A stretch of 64,000 nucleotides of DNA from Candidatus Thermofontivivens primus. Lineage in GTDB: Bacteria; Sysuimicrobiota; Sysuimicrobiia; Sysuimicrobiales; Thermofontiviventaceae. The notes under the pieces are model-generated. The model saw only the letters and a program-made list of their open reading frames with translations. It searched no databases and was not told the DNA's origin. The stretch lies in NCBI GenBank assembly GCA_031458695.1, contig JAVKJW010000001.1:96001-160000 (forward strand). Direction: 5' to 3'. Position 1 is the first letter of the stretch. Each line of letters opens with the position of its first letter. The translations under genes and the position numbers were made by a program. Of the stretch, positions 59,417-64,000 are shown piece after piece.

Positions 59417-60369
59417 CACAACAGGCTGAGGCCCGCCGGGGTATCCGAGCTATCCCCCGGCGGGCCCTCCTGACCTATAGAACACGTCACGTCCTCTGGG
59501 CGTTTGCGTTCCTCGCCCCAGCGTTCGTGCTGTTCTTCTTCATTGTGGTGTACCCGCTGGGGTGGGCGCTTGCCCTCTCCTTGCAGGACTGGAGCTTTTT
59601 CGGGGCGAAGCGGTTCATCGGGCTCGGGAACTACGTCCGTCTTTGGAATGACCCACTCTTCTGGAAGTCCCTGGGAATCAGCTTCAAATGGACCATCGGG
59701 GTTGTCCCGGCGATTCTCATGATCTCCCTTCCCCTCGCCCTCTTCCTCAATGCCGGGTGGCTCCGTCTGAAATCCCTTTACCGGACGGGATATTTCGTCC
59801 CAGTGGTCACCAACATCGTGGCCGTCGCCTTCGTCTGGAGGTGGATGTTCGACCCGGACTTCGGGGTCATCAACTGGTTCCTCGGTGTGCTCGGCCTGCC
59901 CAAGCCGGGATGGCTTGCCGATCCCGCGTGGGCTTTGTACGCCATGATGGTGGTAGGCGTGTGGAAACAGATCGGACAGGCGATGGTCTTGTTCCTCGCT
60001 GGGCTCCAGACGATCCCACAGGAGTTCGTGGATGCGGCTAAGATCGACGGGGCAAGCCCATGGAAGCTGTTCTGGAAGATCACCCTCCCCCTGCTCAACC
60101 CTACCCTGCTTTTTGTTGTGGTGATCTTGGTGATCAACGCCTTCCGGGTCTTCACAATCCCCTATGTGATGAGCGCAGGTGGCCTGCAAGCACGTACCCC
60201 GGGAGGGCCTCTCGACAGCACGCGCGTCTTCGTATTGCACATCTACGACATCGGATTCCGACAGTTCCAGCTCGGGTACGCCTCGGCGAACGCCTTCGTG
60301 CTCATGGCGTTGATCATCGTGGTGACGCTTATCCAGATCAAGTTGATCCAGAGGCCGTTTGAGTACTGA
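59392..60369 (+). CDS. Carbohydrate ABC transporter permease
   Basis: FIGLGNY, LAGLQTIP.EFVDAAKIDGA (EAA loop), ITLPLL.P; AAGGAG RBS before GTG 59392. Confidence 0.93.
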   Translation: MRPAGAKVTQQAEARRGIRAIPRRALLTYRTRHVLWAFAFLAPAFVLFFFIVVYPLGWALALSLQDWSFFGAKRFIGLGNYVRLWNDPLFWKSLGISFKWTIGVVPAILMISLPLALFLNAGWLRLKSLYRTGYFVPVVTNIVAVAFVWRWMFDPDFGVINWFLGVLGLPKPGWLADPAWALYAMMVVGVWKQIGQAMVLFLAGLQTIPQEFVDAAKIDGASPWKLFWKITLPLLNPTLLFVVVILVINAFRVFTIPYVMSAGGLQARTPGGPLDSTRVFVLHIYDIGFRQFQLGYASANAFVLMALIIVVTLIQIKLIQRPFEY

Positions 60370-60389
60370 GGAATGCGAGGGGATGCGCG

Positions 60390-61220
60390 ATGGACCTTCC
60401 AGAGTACAGGTGGTTGAAAACACTCACCTATCTCCTGCTTACCCTAGGGCTCGTGCCTATGCTCCTTCCTTTCCTGTGGATGGTCTCCAGCGCATTCAAG
60501 ACACTTCCTGAAGTGATGCAGGTCCCCCCGACCTGGTTCCCGAAGCAGCCCATCCTGGAGAACTTTGTGGCCGTATTCACCCAGTTCCCCTTCGCCCGGT
60601 ACATCTTGAACAGTGTGGCCGTCGCCGCCATCGTCGTATTCGGCGTCACCATCGTGAGCGCCATGGCCGGGTATGCCTTCTCCAAGTTCACCTTCCCGGG
60701 CAGGGACGTGCTCTTCATCGCTATGCTGGCTAGCCTCATGGTACCGTTCCAGGTGCGCATGATTCCCCTCTACTTGATGAGCATCAAGTTCCGGTTGGTG
60801 GACACCATTGCCGGGCTGAGCTTCCCCTGGCTGTTCGACGCCTTCGGCATCTTCCTCATGCGCCAGTTCATGCAAACGATTCCCACGGAGCTCATTGAGG
60901 CAGCCAGGATCGACGGAGCGAGCGAGCTTCGGATCTTTTGGACAATCCTCCTCCCTCTGGTGAAGCCCGCCCTGGCGGCCCTAGGGATCTTCACCCTGGT
61001 GGGGAACTGGGAGGAGTTCCTGTGGCCCCTCATCGTTACCACCTCAGACGCTAGCCGGACGATCCCCGTGGGCCTGCAAAGGTTCTCCGAGCAATATATG
61101 TCCAACATCCACTGGCAGATGGCTGCGGCGACGGTCGCTGTAACCCCTCTGATTATCGCTTTCTTGCTCTTCCAGCGCCAGTTCATCCAGGGAATCGCTC
61201 TCACAGGTCTCAAAGATTAG
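60390..61220 (+). CDS. Carbohydrate ABC transporter permease
   Basis: AGYAFSK..FPGR, IPTELIEAARIDGA, FQRQFIQGI. Confidence 0.95.
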   Translation: MDLPEYRWLKTLTYLLLTLGLVPMLLPFLWMVSSAFKTLPEVMQVPPTWFPKQPILENFVAVFTQFPFARYILNSVAVAAIVVFGVTIVSAMAGYAFSKFTFPGRDVLFIAMLASLMVPFQVRMIPLYLMSIKFRLVDTIAGLSFPWLFDAFGIFLMRQFMQTIPTELIEAARIDGASELRIFWTILLPLVKPALAALGIFTLVGNWEEFLWPLIVTTSDASRTIPVGLQRFSEQYMSNIHWQMAAATVAVTPLIIAFLLFQRQFIQGIALTGLKD

Positions 61221-61322
61221 TATGTATCCGCGCCGAGGAACTGGAAGCAAAGGGAAGACCCGAGCTCAACCACACATTGCGGGAGAGAGGATCCTGGAGC
61301 CTTTTGAGGTAACTTCTAGAGC

Positions 61323-63449
61323 ATGATGGATCGTGCATACTCCCCTTGCTTCCTGGGAAATGGCATCGACGCCGCACTCATCGGGTACACGGGATCGATG
61401 ACCCCCGAGCGTGTGGAGGGGCCAGAGCGGTGCTACTGGTACAAATCTGATTGTTACTACCCCGCGCACGTCCGGGTCCTGCCCATGCCCCATCGGCGCA
61501 TCTCCTTGCCAGGCTACCAGGCAAGCGAAGAACATCGCTGGTACGAGCTCGCTCCCCTCTGCCATTGCTGGTACGAGGTCTACCTCCCAGGAATAAGGGG
61601 ACCCCGTCCGTTCATCCGCTCAGAACAGCACTTCTCCTTGCAGGATGCAACGCTCCTCACGAGGGCAACCTACGAGGGGATTGCGGTGGAGGTCCAAACC
61701 TACCTCCACGCCCGCCATCCTCTCCTCGTGGAGAGCTACAGGGCCAGCCAACCTATGCGGTGGCGGTTCTACCTCGCTCCGGGAGTCTGGGAGGAGGACG
61801 ATCTGGAACGCATGCCCTTTACCTCCCTGGTCGCCCAGGCAGGACCTTCGCCTCGGTTCCATTATACCCTGGGGGATCTCGAAGGGACGCAGACGATGGT
61901 GATCCACGGGTCCATCGAAGCTTGGGGCTTCCAAGGAAACGCGGCATGGGTCGACTGTGTGGGCCAGGAGGCCGTCCGGTATGTGATCGTGATGGATGGC
62001 CGTGAGCTCAGAGATCCAAGGACCGTTGACGGGCTCATCGCACTCATCGAAGAGAAGGGTGCAGGGAGTTTGTACCACTCCCATGCCCAGGTATGGGAGG
62101 AGTACTGGGCTCAAGGGGCCAGCGTAGAGATCCCCGATCCAGACCTCCAGCGAAGCTATGCCTTCAGCCTCTACCAGTTCAAGGCCAGCCAGAACCCGCA
62201 CTCCGGTGCGCTTCCTGTAAATATCCTGCGATCGACCTGGTCCTCCCACGTCTTCTGGGATGCCATGTTCATCCACCTTGCCCTTGTAGAGGCAGGGCAC
62301 CTCACCGAAGGGGAGCTTGCCTGCAGCTTCCTTGAGCGCACGGCAAAAGCCGCCATGGAAGCAGCCAGGGCATATGGCGCCAGAGGCCTCAAGTGGGAGT
62401 GGGAGGTCACCCACGAGGGCCAGCCGGCTTATGGCGCGCTCCACCACCTCACCCATCAGGTCCATAACAATGCGAGCTACAGCCAGATGCTCTGGCACCA
62501 GATCAAGTTCTCTGGGGACCGCTCCCTCGTCGATCGGTACTACCCGCTCCTCCGGGGGATCGCGGAGTTTTTCCTCACGGGCGTCCTCCAGGAGACCGCA
62601 GATGGAAGAGTAGACCTGCGCCCTGTTGTTGGCGTCCATGAGCACTCCTCCCTCGTCCAGCGGGAGGCTGCAACCCTGGCGGGATCTATCCGTGCATTGC
62701 GGAACGCCGCAGATGCCGCTCGGCTGCTTCGCTGTGATGCGTCCTTCGCCCAGCGGTGTGAAGCAATCGCAGAGAGCCTCAGGCCGCTTCTCGACGAGCT
62801 CTTTATCGATGGTGTCTTGCGTGCCTACGCAGGAACAGATGAGGTGAACTTCGGCTGCCTCCTTCCCTTCTTCCCAATGGCCATCTATCCGCCCGACGAC
62901 CCCAGAGTCCTTGCGACAGCGAGAGCTTACATTGCCCGGAACGCCAACCCTGTCCATGGGCTGGTAGGCCACGGCATGGGATGGCGCGGACCCCGGGAGG
63001 GCTTCCCCTGGGCCGCTGGGTGGCTCGCGGCTGTGCTTGCCCTTGTCGGAGATGCCGATACTGCCTGGCAGGTCCTCAAGACCACGAAAGTCGCCATGAA
63101 TTCCTTCGGGGGAATGGCAGAGAAAGTAGATGACCAGGGTAGGTGGAATATGCAGTATTTCAGTACTGCCCAGGCCGCTTTCTGCATTGGGGTCCACTCC
63201 CTGCTCCTCCAGGAGCACGGAGACTCTCTTGTCGTGCTCCGCAGGGTTCCTTCGGATTGGGATCGGTGTCGTTTTGACGGCATCATGCTCGGCCCCCTGA
63301 AGATCCGCGCAGAATGGGAACAGGACCGGGGAGTTACGACTTGTGAAGTGCGGAACGTTGGCCCCGCGAAGATCCAGAGGACGGTCGTGGTCAACAACAA
63401 GCCACATACCGTTACGCTGCGCCCAGGGGAAGGAAAGAAAGTCATTTAG
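61323..63449 (+). CDS. GH65-like (alpha/alpha)6-barrel glycoside hydrolase or phosphorylase, divergent
   Basis: SHAQVWEEYW, WSSHVFWD, A..AA..YG..G.KW.WE, VHNNA, YYPLLRGIAEF, VVGVHE; in a sugar ABC cluster. Confidence 0.7.
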   Translation: MMDRAYSPCFLGNGIDAALIGYTGSMTPERVEGPERCYWYKSDCYYPAHVRVLPMPHRRISLPGYQASEEHRWYELAPLCHCWYEVYLPGIRGPRPFIRSEQHFSLQDATLLTRATYEGIAVEVQTYLHARHPLLVESYRASQPMRWRFYLAPGVWEEDDLERMPFTSLVAQAGPSPRFHYTLGDLEGTQTMVIHGSIEAWGFQGNAAWVDCVGQEAVRYVIVMDGRELRDPRTVDGLIALIEEKGAGSLYHSHAQVWEEYWAQGASVEIPDPDLQRSYAFSLYQFKASQNPHSGALPVNILRSTWSSHVFWDAMFIHLALVEAGHLTEGELACSFLERTAKAAMEAARAYGARGLKWEWEVTHEGQPAYGALHHLTHQVHNNASYSQMLWHQIKFSGDRSLVDRYYPLLRGIAEFFLTGVLQETADGRVDLRPVVGVHEHSSLVQREAATLAGSIRALRNAADAARLLRCDASFAQRCEAIAESLRPLLDELFIDGVLRAYAGTDEVNFGCLLPFFPMAIYPPDDPRVLATARAYIARNANPVHGLVGHGMGWRGPREGFPWAAGWLAAVLALVGDADTAWQVLKTTKVAMNSFGGMAEKVDDQGRWNMQYFSTAQAAFCIGVHSLLLQEHGDSLVVLRRVPSDWDRCRFDGIMLGPLKIRAEWEQDRGVTTCEVRNVGPAKIQRTVVVNNKPHTVTLRPGEGKKVI

Positions 63450-63532
63450 GTGAGCAGGTGATAAGTTGGAAAGTTCTTAAACCTGTGAACCTGTAACCTG
63501 CAAACGGATAACCTGCAAACCTGCCAACAACG
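63450..63532. repeat. Inverted array of degenerate 7-8-mer repeats
   Basis: gcaggtg ataagtt ggaaagtt followed by aaacctgt gaacctgt aacctgc aaacggat aacctgc aaacctgc. Confidence 0.65.
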
Positions 63533-63559
63533 AACCTTCATCGTAGAGAGGCCGAGTCA

Positions 63560-64000
63560 ATGGGCAGAGAACCGTACATGACTCCATCTCCCGTCGAGGA
63601 GTTCACCATGGCGATCCCCACGGGAAATGAGGTGATCTCCCTCCCGGATCTTACCCCGCGAGGCGCTATTCCCAGCCTTCACGTGCTCTCTCAACAAGCC
63701 CTTGGGCTCCTTGGCATGGATGGGGAGGAAGAAGCTCTCCTTGATCCCCTTCTCCTGAGAGAAGGGGGCGAAGAGGTGCCACTGGAGGCAAGGGACTGGT
63801 CCCTGCGAGACCACTGGATTCCAGAGATCACCTGGCTCTCCCAAGAGCTGGAGCTCCGCGGGACGATCCTGACACCTGTGGGGACACGAGGGTTTGCTTA
63901 TCGCCTAGAAGCGAGGAACCCGGGGAAGAAGCCCGTGGAGGTGGTTCTGGGATTCCAGGGATGCTGGAAACGCCTCCTCTACACGGTCTTCCGCTCCCGT
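63560..64000 (+). CDS. N-terminal part of a protein truncated by the window edge; possibly a second glycoside hydrolase (GH125-like N-terminus, from recollection)
   Basis: Not in the ORF track. Open frame from ATG 63560 to the end: MGREPYMTPSPVEEFTMAIPTGNEVISLP...DHWIPE...GTILTPVGTRGFAYRL... Confidence 0.6.
   Translation, partial: MGREPYMTPSPVEEFTMAIPTGNEVISLPDLTPRGAIPSLHVLSQQALGLLGMDGEEEALLDPLLLREGGEEVPLEARDWSLRDHWIPEITWLSQELELRGTILTPVGTRGFAYRLEARNPGKKPVEVVLGFQGCWKRLLYTVFRSR

Noticed and set aside
61620..63407. Long antisense ORFs (595 aa here; also 34263-35966, 45049-46350, 46719-48074, 17510-18796)
   Set aside because: Shadow frames of well-supported genes, expected at high GC3, with no recognisable motifs.

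Overview
GC-rich (roughly 60-65% by eye) bacterial chromosomal window of mostly core and accessory metabolic genes; I cannot assign the taxon from sequence alone. In order: a truncated CuA-type cupredoxin gene downstream of a NarL-type response regulator and a degenerate PAS-AAA+-Fis activator; a TPP-riboswitch thiE + fused thiS-thiG operon; a cobalamin-riboswitch corrinoid salvage operon (btuF cobU cobQ cbiA cbiB cobS cobD cblT cblS); a CDF + ChrA pair behind a structured leader; an rml/wzz/UXS/Wzy_C glycan cluster; rtcB, acyl-CoA dehydrogenase, a half-size MetE and qor; yjbQ, a MoeB-rhodanese, FNR; nuoB-D-I-C followed by def, lpdA, a 2-oxoacid dehydrogenase complex and lipA; split transketolase; suf operon; adenosine deaminase, Lhr and a fused MNT-HEPN gene; and a ROK-regulated sugar ABC/GH65-like cluster. 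I saw no CRISPR array, rRNA, tRNA or transposase. The best novelty candidates are (1) an MNT-HEPN fusion with both catalytic signatures eroded, upstream of lhr, (2) a riboswitch-like leader before the CDF-chrA genes, (3) the ThiS-ThiG fusion with a buried Gly-Gly, (4) a complex I Q-module cluster with no membrane arm, running into lpdA, (5) a probably sigma54-independent pseudo-bEBP with visible candidate binding sites, and (6) two families of intergenic repeats. All calls come from reading motifs by eye; no database searches were run, and start codons are best estimates.
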